64,000 nt of DNA from a bacterium (GTDB lineage: Bacteria; UBA8248; JACPRG01; G963555815). Below, piece by piece: positions 49,930 through 59,202 of the stretch. Positions within the stretch are counted from its first letter, which is position 1. Each line of letters starts with the position of its first letter. Made by a program: the position numbers and the translations under genes. The notes under the pieces are model-generated. The model had not been told where the DNA came from and did no database searches. It worked only from the letters and a program-made list of their open reading frames with translations. The stretch lies in contig CAUVWX020000001.1 in the NCBI GenBank assembly GCA_963555815.3, positions 1,152,001-1,216,000 of the forward strand, read 5' to 3'.

Positions 49930-51999
49930 ATGAGCCTCGCAAAGAAGTACACTCTTTCGCCTCCGGCCCAGCGCCGGGAGTTTAGGGTGGATTATGAGGC
50001 CGATCTCAACTCGGAGCAGCGCACCGTCGTGATGGCCCCTGGGGGGCCCATGGTGGTCATCGCGGGGGCGGGGAGCGGAAAGACTCGGACGGTCACCTAC
50101 CGGGTGGCGCGCCTCATCGAGTCGGGCGAGGACCCGCAGCGGATCCTTCTCCTCACCTTCACCAACAAGGCCGCCGGTGAGATGCTCCGTCGCGTCGAGG
50201 GCCTCATCCAGTCGAACGCCCGAAGGGTCTGGGGGGGAACCTTCCATCACATAGGGAACCTCATCCTGCGCCGACACGCAGAGGCCGTGGGCTTTCACCC
50301 CCAGTACTCCATCATGGACCGAGAGGATTCCTCGGATCTCCTCAACGCCTGTGCCACCGACGTCGGGATCAACTTCAAGGAGAAGCGTTTTCCCAAGGGC
50401 AACGTCCTCCTCGATATCATCTCATTCGCCTCGAACACACTGACTCCCCTTCCCGAGCTCGTTCAGCAAAGGTACCCCTACTTCGAAGAGCTTCTCCCGG
50501 AGATCGAGCGGGTATCGGCCCGCTATGGGGTTAGAAAGCGGGAGATGAACCTTTTGGATTTCGACGACCTCCTCACGCTTTGGCTCCGCCTCCTGAGAGA
50601 GCACCCCGCTGTTCTCGAAAGCTACCAGGGCCGGTTCCGCCAGGTCATGGTAGACGAATACCAAGACACGAACCGGCTTCAAGGGGAGATCGTCGACCTT
50701 CTGGGCGCCCACCACCGGAACCTCATGGTGGTGGGAGATGACGCACAAAGTATTTATTCTTTTCGGGGGGCGGATTTCTCCAACATCATGGAGTTTCCCA
50801 AACGCTATCCCGACGCCCAGGTCTTCCGGCTCGAAATCAATTACCGAAGCACCCCACAGATCCTCTCCCTGGCCAACGAGAGTATTGCCCACAACGTCCA
50901 CCAGTATAAGAAACGCTTGCAGGCCGTTCGGGGGGAGGGCCCCCTGCCCATCCTCATCCCCGCCCGGGACGTGCTCCAGCAGGCGGACTTCGTGACACAG
51001 CGGATCCTGGAGATGCGGGACGAGGGGATCCCCCTCGAGGAGATAGCGGTCCTTTATCGGGCGCACTTTCACTGTATGGAGCTTCAGATGGAGCTCACCC
51101 GGCGGGGAATCCCCTTTGAGATCCGCTCCGGGCTCCGGTTCTTTGAACAGCGCCACATTAAGGACGTGACGGCCCACCTCAAAATTGCCGTCAACCCCCT
51201 TGACGAGATCGCCTGGAAACGGATTCTCCTCCTGATTACGGGCGTGGGGAACGCAACGGTCCGCCGCCTCTGGTCTCATCTCTCCAATCTGTCAGAGCCC
51301 CTGTCGGCCCTGGGGACCGACAAGACAACCACCCTCTTCCCGCGGGCCTCACGACCCGCTTGGGCGCGCCTGGCGGGGGTTCTGGAGAAGCTCCGCACGG
51401 AGGAATTACTCAGTCAACCGTCCGAGATGATCCGCCTTGTGGTCGAGGAGAGCTATGAGGAGTACATGCAGAAAAATTTCACCAACTGCACCTCCCGGCT
51501 CGAGGATCTGGAACAGCTGGCCCGATTCGCAGAGCAGTGGTCCTCCAAGGGCCAAGAGGCCTGCGGGGTCTTCCTGAGCGAGCTGGCCCTCATGTCGGCG
51601 GTGACCGGGGAGGAGGCGACCGAGACGGGCGAGGACGAGCGGGTGACGCTCAGCTCGGTCCACCAGGCGAAGGGTCTTGAATGGCGTGCCCTTTTCATCA
51701 TCTGGCTCTCTGACGGGCGCTTCCCCTCCAGCCGCGCGCTTCAAGACGAGGCAGGGGAAGAGGAGGAACGCCGCCTCTTCTATGTGGCCGCCACCCGAGC
51801 CCAAGAGCATCTTTACCTTTGCTACCCGATCCTCGAGATGGATCGCTACCGAATGAGCGTCTTCTCCAGGCCTTCCCGGTTTCTCAAAGAGATCCCGGCG
51901 GCCTTGATGGAGTCGTGGTCCTTGGATGAGGGTCTGGAGGTCTCGAAAGAGGGCTTGGGGGAAGAGGATATCTCCCAGGTCGGCGGGAGCTGGGAGTAA
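49930..51999 (+). CDS. UvrD/PcrA-family SF1 DNA helicase
   Basis: AGAGSGKT, TFTNKAA, DEYQD, GDDAQSIYSFRGA, NYRS, HQAKGLEW, EERRLFYVA.TRA. Confidence 0.93.
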   Translation: MSLAKKYTLSPPAQRREFRVDYEADLNSEQRTVVMAPGGPMVVIAGAGSGKTRTVTYRVARLIESGEDPQRILLLTFTNKAAGEMLRRVEGLIQSNARRVWGGTFHHIGNLILRRHAEAVGFHPQYSIMDREDSSDLLNACATDVGINFKEKRFPKGNVLLDIISFASNTLTPLPELVQQRYPYFEELLPEIERVSARYGVRKREMNLLDFDDLLTLWLRLLREHPAVLESYQGRFRQVMVDEYQDTNRLQGEIVDLLGAHHRNLMVVGDDAQSIYSFRGADFSNIMEFPKRYPDAQVFRLEINYRSTPQILSLANESIAHNVHQYKKRLQAVRGEGPLPILIPARDVLQQADFVTQRILEMRDEGIPLEEIAVLYRAHFHCMELQMELTRRGIPFEIRSGLRFFEQRHIKDVTAHLKIAVNPLDEIAWKRILLLITGVGNATVRRLWSHLSNLSEPLSALGTDKTTTLFPRASRPAWARLAGVLEKLRTEELLSQPSEMIRLVVEESYEEYMQKNFTNCTSRLEDLEQLARFAEQWSSKGQEACGVFLSELALMSAVTGEEATETGEDERVTLSSVHQAKGLEWRALFIIWLSDGRFPSSRALQDEAGEEEERRLFYVAATRAQEHLYLCYPILEMDRYRMSVFSRPSRFLKEIPAALMESWSLDEGLEVSKEGLGEEDISQVGGSWE

Positions 52000-52004
52000 G
52001 AGAT

Positions 52005-53348
52005 TTGCGGATCATTGTGATCGGAGCGGGCGAGGTGGGGTTCCACATCGCCAAGCGTCTCATCCAGGAGGGCCACGACATCGTCCTCATCGATGAGCGC
52101 GAGAAGCTCCTTGGGCTGGTGAGCGAAGAGCTGGACGCCCTGACCATTCAGGGCAGCGGGGCCAACCCCCAGCTTCTGGTCGAGGCCGGCCTCAAGGAGG
52201 CGGGGATGCTCATCGCCGTCAGCAACCAGGACGCTGTGAACCTGGTGGCCTGCCATCTGGCGGCGGAGAACGGGGTCGAGGTCAAAATTGCCCGAGTGCA
52301 AGAGCCCGCCTACCTGAGGGAAGACTTGAAAATTGAAGGTCGGGACTTTGGGGCGGACCTCCTGATTGACCAAGCCCAGGAGGTGGCAAAGACCATCGCC
52401 CGCCTGGTCAGGACGCCGGGGGCCATCGAGGCGGCCGATTTCTTCGACGGCGGGGTCGAGGTGGTGGGCCTTCGGGTCGCCGAGGGCGCTCCTCTGACCA
52501 GGAGACCTCTCCGGGAGCTTAAGGAAGAGGTGGAGAAGCTGAGGTTTCTCCTGGTGGCCATCAGCCGAGAGGAAAAGGTCTATATCCCGCAGGGTTCCTC
52601 GGTGGTAAAATCCTCCGATCTCATCCTGGCAGCGGTGAAACGGGAGGCCATTGAGACCCTTGGCCAGGCCTGCGGCCTTCAGGAGAAGGAGGCCAAACGG
52701 GTCTTCATCATCGGGGGGGGCCAGGTAGGCCTTCACGTAGCCGAGCTCCTCTTAGCCGACGACCATGAGGTCAAGGTGATGGAGGCCAACGAGACCCGCT
52801 GCCATCATCTGGCGTCGCTCCTCCCCGGGGCCCTTGTCCTCAACGGGGACGGAACCGATGTGCGAGTCCTCCTTGCGGAAGGGATCGATGACGCGGATGT
52901 GGTCGTCACCGTCTCCGACGACGACGAGACGAACCTTCTTTCCGCCATTATGGCCAAGAAACAGGGGGCCCGAAGGTCCATCGCCCTCATCAAGCGGCCC
53001 GACTATGCTCCCCTTATTTTCTCTCTCGGGATCGATGCCGCCATCAGTCCCAGGCTCGTTACGGCTTCCGTCATCTTGCGCTACATCTTGCGGGCCCACA
53101 TGTTGGCTGAGTTCACGACCGCCTTCCGGGAGGCCGAGGCCGTGGAGTTAGAAGTGGCGCAGAAGGCCAAGGCGACAAAGAAGCCGCTCTCTGAGCTGGG
53201 ACTTTCGGAGAAGGCCATCATCGGAGCTGTCTCCCGTAACGGAGAAATCCTCATCCCCCGGGGGGAGACGACTCTTCAGGGAGGGGACCGGGTTATCCTT
53301 TTCGCTCTCACCGGGGCCCTTCGCGAAACCTCCCGACTCTTTCGCTGA
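52005..53348 (+). CDS. trkA: Trk K+ uptake NAD-binding subunit
   Basis: Two RCK units (GAGEVG; GGGQVG) with TrkA-C domains. Confidence 0.92.
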   Translation: MRIIVIGAGEVGFHIAKRLIQEGHDIVLIDEREKLLGLVSEELDALTIQGSGANPQLLVEAGLKEAGMLIAVSNQDAVNLVACHLAAENGVEVKIARVQEPAYLREDLKIEGRDFGADLLIDQAQEVAKTIARLVRTPGAIEAADFFDGGVEVVGLRVAEGAPLTRRPLRELKEEVEKLRFLLVAISREEKVYIPQGSSVVKSSDLILAAVKREAIETLGQACGLQEKEAKRVFIIGGGQVGLHVAELLLADDHEVKVMEANETRCHHLASLLPGALVLNGDGTDVRVLLAEGIDDADVVVTVSDDDETNLLSAIMAKKQGARRSIALIKRPDYAPLIFSLGIDAAISPRLVTASVILRYILRAHMLAEFTTAFREAEAVELEVAQKAKATKKPLSELGLSEKAIIGAVSRNGEILIPRGETTLQGGDRVILFALTGALRETSRLFR

Positions 53349-53360
53349 GCCAGGGGAAAT

Positions 53361-54815
53361 TTGGACCTAATTCATATGCAGATCCGTGCCATCCTGCGGG
53401 GTTTTGGTTTTCTGGCCCTGCTCCTAGCAGTCGCCCTGCTGGTCCCCTTTGGGGTGGCCCTTGGCACTCAGGGGCCCGATGCGAAGGCCTTTGGATGGAC
53501 GATCCTCCTGACAGTGGCGGTGGGGGGAGGGCTCATCGCCTCGGGCAAGGGGAAAGAGTTTGGGGTCCGGGATGGGTTTGCCATCGTCACCGGAAGTTGG
53601 CTCCTTTTCGCTCTTCTGGGTAGTCTGCCTTACCTTTTTTCCGGGACCGTTGCCTCATACACAGATGCTTTCTTTGAGGCCATGTCGGGCTTCACAACGA
53701 CAGGGGCCACCATCCTCCCTGACATCGAAAAGGCCCCTTTGGGGATCCTCCTCTGGCGGAGCCTGACCCAGTGGTTGGGAGGGATGGGGATCATCGTCCT
53801 CACCATCGCCCTCCTCCCCCTCTTCGGTGTGGGAGGGCTTCAGCTCTTCCGGGCTGAGGCCCCCGGGCCCACGAAGGAACGGCTGGTTCCGCGCAATCGT
53901 GAGACGGCGAAACTCCTCTGGGGAGTCTATGTGGCCCTCTCGGCCTTGGAGTGGCTTCTGCTCGCCTTAGGCGGGATGCCCCCCTTCGAGGCCCTTCTGC
54001 ACACCTTCACGACCATGTCGACAGGGGGGTTCTCACCGAAAAACGCCAGCATTGCCGCCTACGCCAGTCCCTACATCCAATGGGTCATCATCGTCTTCAT
54101 GGCCGTCGCAGGAACCAGCTTCAGCCTTCATTATTTCGCGATAAACGGAAATCCGAAGGCATATTGGAAAAACAAGGAATTTCGACTCTACCTCTTCGTC
54201 ATCCTTCTGGTGGCTGCCGTCGGGGTGGGGTCACTCTTGGCCGCAGGGGCACGGGGCATTGGGGGAACGGTTCGGGACGCCGTCTTCCAAGTGGTCTCCA
54301 TTACCACGACGACGGGCTTTGTCACGGCGGACTTCGAGGCCTGGCCCATCCTTCTTCAGACGGTTCTCCTTTTCCTCATGTTCTTCGGAGGTTGTTCCGG
54401 GTCCACAGGGGGCGGTATGAAGCACATCCGCCTCTATTTTCTCTTTCGTCAGGGCGGGACCCAGATTGCAAGGCTCATCCATCCCCGGGCTGTGAAGGAA
54501 CTTGTCATGGGGGGCCGCCCCGTCTCGGGCGATGTCATCCAGAGCGTCCAGGCCTTCTTCTTCCTCTACCTGACCGCCTGGATGGTGGGGACCCTGGGCC
54601 TCGCCGCCCTCGGGATGGATTTGGTGAGCGGCCTCTCGGCGGCGGCGTCCGCCTTAGGCAATATAGGGCCTGCATTGGGGGCGGTCGGGCCGACGGACCA
54701 TTATGGTGGGCTGCATTTCCTCGCCAAATGGCTTCTCGCTGGCCTCATGCTGCTCGGGCGTCTTGAGATCTTTCCTGTCCTGGCCCTGCTGACAAGGGAG
54801 TTCTGGCGCCAGTAG
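53361..54815 (+). CDS. trkH: Trk K+ uptake membrane subunit
   Basis: SGFTTTGA, QWLGGMG, STGGFS, TTTGF, GSTGGG.K, GNIGP, GRLE. Confidence 0.93.
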   Translation: MDLIHMQIRAILRGFGFLALLLAVALLVPFGVALGTQGPDAKAFGWTILLTVAVGGGLIASGKGKEFGVRDGFAIVTGSWLLFALLGSLPYLFSGTVASYTDAFFEAMSGFTTTGATILPDIEKAPLGILLWRSLTQWLGGMGIIVLTIALLPLFGVGGLQLFRAEAPGPTKERLVPRNRETAKLLWGVYVALSALEWLLLALGGMPPFEALLHTFTTMSTGGFSPKNASIAAYASPYIQWVIIVFMAVAGTSFSLHYFAINGNPKAYWKNKEFRLYLFVILLVAAVGVGSLLAAGARGIGGTVRDAVFQVVSITTTTGFVTADFEAWPILLQTVLLFLMFFGGCSGSTGGGMKHIRLYFLFRQGGTQIARLIHPRAVKELVMGGRPVSGDVIQSVQAFFFLYLTAWMVGTLGLAALGMDLVSGLSAAASALGNIGPALGAVGPTDHYGGLHFLAKWLLAGLMLLGRLEIFPVLALLTREFWRQ

Positions 54816-54887
54816 CTGGCGGAGGTCCACTGTTAAGAGAAGAGATCGATCTGTCCCGCGAGGCCGTCGTTTGCCGAGAGACTTCAA

Positions 54888-54916
54888 TTGACAAGGCGGA
54901 TCCCTCGGACTAGATT
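54888..54916 (+). promoter_or_regulatory. sigma70 promoter of split metE
   Basis: TTGACA, 17 nt spacer, TAGATT. Confidence 0.55.
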
Positions 54917-54970
54917 CGGGGGAGTCGTCGAAGGATCGAAGCGTCTTCACTGGGAGAATAAGGATTTCCT

Positions 54971-55960
54971 ATGGATCTCAAGCTGACCAGTGCGGGGAGC
55001 CATCCTAGGGTAGGGGACGCGCCTGAGGATCAGCGCCTTCGCCGAGCCCGCCGTCTCTGGGAGGAAGGGGCCCTCTCCGACCCCCAATATCTGGAGGCCC
55101 AGCGTGTCGTGACAGCAGAGGCCATCCAGGAACAGGTGGCGGCGGGGCTGGACCTCGTGACGGACGGTCAAGTCCGCTGGGGGGACCCCATCTCCCATGT
55201 GGCGGGGAACTTCTCCGGCGTCGAGGTCAATGGGCTCCTTCGATACTTTGACACAAATTTTTATTTCAGACAGCCTGTCATACGAGGGCCTGTCAAACGC
55301 AAGGGTCCGCTCCTGATAGAGGACTACCGATACGCGACGAGCGTCTCTGAGAGGTCCGTTAAGCCTGTCCTGACCGGACCCTATACGACAGCCTTTTTCT
55401 CCATTGTGGAGTGGAAAGGGTATCGGGATCGAAGGGTTCTTGTGGAAGACTTGGCCCGTGCTCTGGCCGAGGAGGTGGCAGATCTTTCTGCCGCCGGGGC
55501 CAGTCTCATTCAGATCGATGAGCCTGAAATCCTGAAGCACCCGGAGGACCTTCCTCTTCTGGCCGATGCCCTTCGCCTCCTTGCGGCGGGGAAGGGGAAG
55601 GCTCAGCTTGCCCTGTACGTCTACTTCGGGGACGCACGCCCCCTCCTGGATCGCCTCTTTGATTTGCCTGTGGACGTTTTAGGCCTTGATTTCACTTATT
55701 CCGAAGACCTTGCAGAGCGGATCGTCTCAATCTCTCCGGATAAAATCTTGGGACTTGGGCTGGTGGACGGCCGCAACACCCGCCTGGAGACACCCGGGGA
55801 GATACGCCAGATCTTGGAGGTTGTTCTGCCCAGCCTGAAAGCGGACCTTTGCTATCTGAACCCCTCTTGTGGCCTGGAATACCTCCCCAGGGGTCGGGCC
55901 AGAGAGAAGCTGGCCCTTCTTTCCGAGATTAGAAGAGACCTAAAGGGAGGGAAACGGTGA
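54971..55960 (+). CDS. split MetE, N-terminal-like subunit
   Basis: TDGQVRW.D, RYFDTNFYFRQP, LTGPYT, QIDEP, GLVDGRNT. Lacks the H-x-C zinc motif. Confidence 0.8.
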   Translation: MDLKLTSAGSHPRVGDAPEDQRLRRARRLWEEGALSDPQYLEAQRVVTAEAIQEQVAAGLDLVTDGQVRWGDPISHVAGNFSGVEVNGLLRYFDTNFYFRQPVIRGPVKRKGPLLIEDYRYATSVSERSVKPVLTGPYTTAFFSIVEWKGYRDRRVLVEDLARALAEEVADLSAAGASLIQIDEPEILKHPEDLPLLADALRLLAAGKGKAQLALYVYFGDARPLLDRLFDLPVDVLGLDFTYSEDLAERIVSISPDKILGLGLVDGRNTRLETPGEIRQILEVVLPSLKADLCYLNPSCGLEYLPRGRAREKLALLSEIRRDLKGGKR

Positions 55961-56969
55961 GCCGAGAGAAGCTGAAGGAGCTGGGGCTGGATCTTCCCCT
56001 TCTCCCGACGACGACGGTGGGGAGTTTTCCAAAGCCCGAGACCCTGCGGGAGGCGAGGACTCAGTTCACTCGAGGTGCCATCAGTCGGGAGCGTCTGGAG
56101 GATGAGGAGCGGCGGGCGACAGAGGCCTGGATTACCTTTCAGCAGGAGGTGGGACTCGACCTTCTGGTGGACGGGGAGATGTATCGGGGCGACATGGTGG
56201 CCTACTTTGCCGAGGCCCTAAAAGGCTTCGGACGAGGGGGTCTCGTTCGCTCGTACGGGAACCGCTACTATCACAAGCCCGCCATTGTGGGAGAGGTGAA
56301 GTGGGAGGGGCCCATCACCACCCAGTGGTGGAAATTCGCCCAGGGCCTCTCGAGCCGTCCGGTCAAGGGGATGCTGACCGGCCCCTACACCATCATGGAT
56401 TGGTCGTTTAATGAATATTATCCCGATCGAAAAGCCGCCTGTTTCGCCCTGGCCAAAGAGATCAGAAAGGAAGTGGAGGCCCTAGGGGAGGCGGGCGCCA
56501 AGGTGGTTCAGGTCGATGAGCCTGCCCTCTCGGTGCGCTCAGAGGAGCTCCCCTTCGCTCTTGAGGCCATGAGGGTGGTCACCGAGGGTCTTCCCCTGTA
56601 TTTTGTCTCCCACATCTGCTACGGGGCCTTTGAGCTGATCTACCCTGGGATCCTCAACCTTGCCGTCGATAACCTTGACCTTGAGATGTCCAACAGCGAG
56701 CTCGACCTCTTGGAACTCTTTGAGAAACACCCTTTCAGCAAGGACCTCTCCTTCGGCGTCCTGGATGTTCACTCTCATCGGATAGAATCCGCCAAGAAGG
56801 TGGAGGCAAGGCTCCGGGCTGCCCTGCGCGTGCTCTCGCCGAGGCCCTCTGGGTGGACCCCGACTGCGGCCTCAAGACCCGTAAGGAAGAGGAGGCGCGA
56901 GGGAAGATCCAGGTGATGATGGAAGTGGTGAAGAAGATGCGAGAGGAACTCGCTCGCCGAACGGCCTAA
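55957..56969 (+). CDS. metE: cobalamin-independent methionine synthase catalytic subunit (frameshift near 56840)
   Basis: [37 protein letters not shown]. The shifted frame gives [12 protein letters not shown]...TA* ending at 56969. Confidence 0.85.
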
Positions 56970-56981
56970 TTTCTCTTTTTA

Positions 56982-58049
56982 TCAGACGTCGGGTTCTCTC
57001 AAGGGATGTTCCATCCCCCCGTTGGATCTGGGAAATCCACACCCCTTCATCTTTCGGTAAAAGGTCTTTCGATTGATCTGGAGGACGCGGGCCGCCCTCG
57101 ACCGATTGTTTTTGGCGAGGTTTAGGGCCGTCTGGATGGCCTCCCGCTCCACCTGCTCAACGATGCGCTGACTCATCTCCGTCAAGCCCAACCCCTCCTC
57201 CAGCCAGGACGCGATGTCCAGGTGGCCACAGGCCCAGCCAGAGTTGTTCATAAAGGTCAAGTGATCTGGTCCGATGACCCCCTTCGCCAGGAGCATGGCG
57301 CGCCGGACAATGTTTCTCAGCTCGCGCACATTGCCCGGGAAGGGGTACGCTTCCACTGTCTCCAGGGCCTCTTTTGAGAATCCTTCGACCTCCTTGTTCA
57401 ACTCCGCGTTCGTTTCCTCGCGAAAGCGATGGGCCAGGTAAGGGATGTCTTCTTTTCTCTCTCTTAAGGCCGGGATCTTGATGGTGAACTCGCTCAGCCG
57501 ATGGTAGAGGTCTGCTCGGAATCTTCCCCTATTCACCTCCTCCTCGAGATTCGCATTGGTGGCCACCAGGATTCGCACCTCCATCGGAATAGGCCTTTTC
57601 CCCCCGATGGGCAGGAACGCCTTTTCCTCCAGGGCCCGCAGGAACTTCCGCTTCATCTCTGGCGTCAAGCCTGTCACCTCATCGAGGAGAACGGTCCCGC
57701 CTTTTGCCACGGTCAAAAGTCCTTGGGCCTTTGAGTCCGCCCCCGTGAAGGCCCCCTTCTCATGGCCAAAGAGCTCACTCTCAAAGAGGGGCCCTGGAAT
57801 CGCCCCACAGTCGACGCCAAGGAAGGGCATTGCCCTTCTCTTGCTCCGGTGATGGATATGCCGGGCGACGACTTCTTTCCCTGTCCCCGTCTCCCCTTGA
57901 ATGATGACCGTGTAATCGGTCTTTGCGATTTGCTCGATGGCGAGGGACAGCTCCTCGATGGCCCGGCCTCGCCCCATCAGGCGCTTCAGCTCCTCTGGGC
58001 CCGTGTCTAGAAAGGTCTGTGCCTCTGTTGAGAGATTAGGGTTGCTCAC
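56982..58049 (-). CDS. sigma54-dependent enhancer-binding protein lacking an N-terminal sensor domain
   Basis: GETGTGKE, ELFGHEKGAFTGA, LDEV, FRADL..RL, PGNVREL, Fis-type HTH. Only about 25 aa precede the AAA+ domain. Confidence 0.9.
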   Translation of the reverse strand: MSNPNLSTEAQTFLDTGPEELKRLMGRGRAIEELSLAIEQIAKTDYTVIIQGETGTGKEVVARHIHHRSKRRAMPFLGVDCGAIPGPLFESELFGHEKGAFTGADSKAQGLLTVAKGGTVLLDEVTGLTPEMKRKFLRALEEKAFLPIGGKRPIPMEVRILVATNANLEEEVNRGRFRADLYHRLSEFTIKIPALRERKEDIPYLAHRFREETNAELNKEVEGFSKEALETVEAYPFPGNVRELRNIVRRAMLLAKGVIGPDHLTFMNNSGWACGHLDIASWLEEGLGLTEMSQRIVEQVEREAIQTALNLAKNNRSRAARVLQINRKTFYRKMKGCGFPRSNGGMEHPLREPDV

Positions 58050-58062
58050 CGCACATCACCCC

Positions 58063-58755
58063 TCACTTGCACTTTACCCAGGCTCGTTGTTGCAGGATAT
58101 TGGTGGCATGGTGGCCATAGGATTCTGCCACCCGAGCCTCGTAGGAAGTAAAAGGACGGGCCCGGTCGTAGTAGAGGCAGAGAGCCCCTTTCGGCTCTTT
58201 CCCCACCATAAGGGGGATGACGGCCAGCGTTCGAAATCCTTCCTTCGATAGATGTTGTGACACCGAGCTTGCCGGGGAGTCCTCAGAGGCCTCTAGCACG
58301 CAGAGAAAGCCCCTTCGCCGGAAGGCCTCCTGCGCCACCACGTTGTAGGCCCCCAGGTGATGGAACTTCTCCATGGGACCTCTGGAGAGCCCCCTGGAAT
58401 AGATACAGCGGAGAGAGGACTCCTTTTCCATTAAAAGGATGGCAAAGCGATCGGGCTGAAAAAGGCTTGTGGCTTCGGTGGAGACCCGGGAGAAGAAGTT
58501 CTCCAATTCCTCTTCCCAGCCAAGGCGCTCGGTGGCGGCAGAAAGCTTTTCTGCCATCTCTAGGGTCTCCTGCAAGGCGTGGGCGTTTTCACGCAGTGCT
58601 TCATTCTTACGGTCCAGTTCGCTGTACAAGGCCAGGAGCCCCCGCTGAGATTCCAAGAGCTCACGCTGGAGCATTTCCGTCAATTCCTGGCTGAGGGGCG
58701 TCGGCTCAGAGATCCGCTCCTCCCTCAAGCCCCCGTGTTCTCGTTCCTTTCCCAT
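58063..58755 (-). CDS. coiled-coil + GAF domain protein
   Basis: N-terminal heptad segment, then GAF pattern AILL....L.C..S.GL...GFRTLAVIPL......GALCLY....RPFT..E. Confidence 0.75.
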   Translation of the reverse strand: MGKEREHGGLREERISEPTPLSQELTEMLQRELLESQRGLLALYSELDRKNEALRENAHALQETLEMAEKLSAATERLGWEEELENFFSRVSTEATSLFQPDRFAILLMEKESSLRCIYSRGLSRGPMEKFHHLGAYNVVAQEAFRRRGFLCVLEASEDSPASSVSQHLSKEGFRTLAVIPLMVGKEPKGALCLYYDRARPFTSYEARVAESYGHHATNILQQRAWVKCK

Positions 58756-59138
58756 CGGACCGGATCATGTCCACCGCTTGACCATCACGCAGGCGATGGC
58801 TTTTGACCCGCTAGTTGTCCCTCGGGTCCGTTAATCCATCCGACAGGGCCATGGGCTCATTGTCGTGGCCGGATGTATCGCCCGCTGTGGATGCCTTACT
58901 CTGGAGTACTGCGATGAATATAGGGGTCCTCTGAGGGTCTCTTGCAATCGATAAAATTCGCTCAGTCCACCCCTGTGTGGATTGAGGTAATTAAAGTGGG
59001 GGTTTTGAAGGAGAAGTCAGCGGACACCCTTTCATCTGCGAGAAGGCGCTCAAAAGGCGAGGGACTCATGTGGGCTCTTTTTATTGAGTAGGTTATCGTT
59101 TTGAAGGCCCGCTGTTTTCCGAAATCCAATTTTTTTGT

Positions 59139-59167
59139 TTGACAAAAAGGGTCTTCTCTCTTACCTT
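59139..59167 (+). promoter_or_regulatory. sigma70 promoter of mltD-like gene
   Basis: TTGACA, 17 nt spacer, TACCTT. Confidence 0.55.
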
Positions 59168-59202
59168 AACTTTGTCTTGGTCGGCGGCCGGTCGACGGAG
59201 GA

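Noticed and set aside
54816..54970. SAM or cobalamin riboswitch upstream of metE
   Set aside because: No recognisable consensus, and the predicted promoter leaves only about 50 nt of leader.
58765..58830. Fragment ...IACVMVKRWT* resembling the end of an RsbT-like kinase upstream of the GAF gene
   Set aside because: The frame is closed by TAA about 22 codons upstream, too short to support a call.
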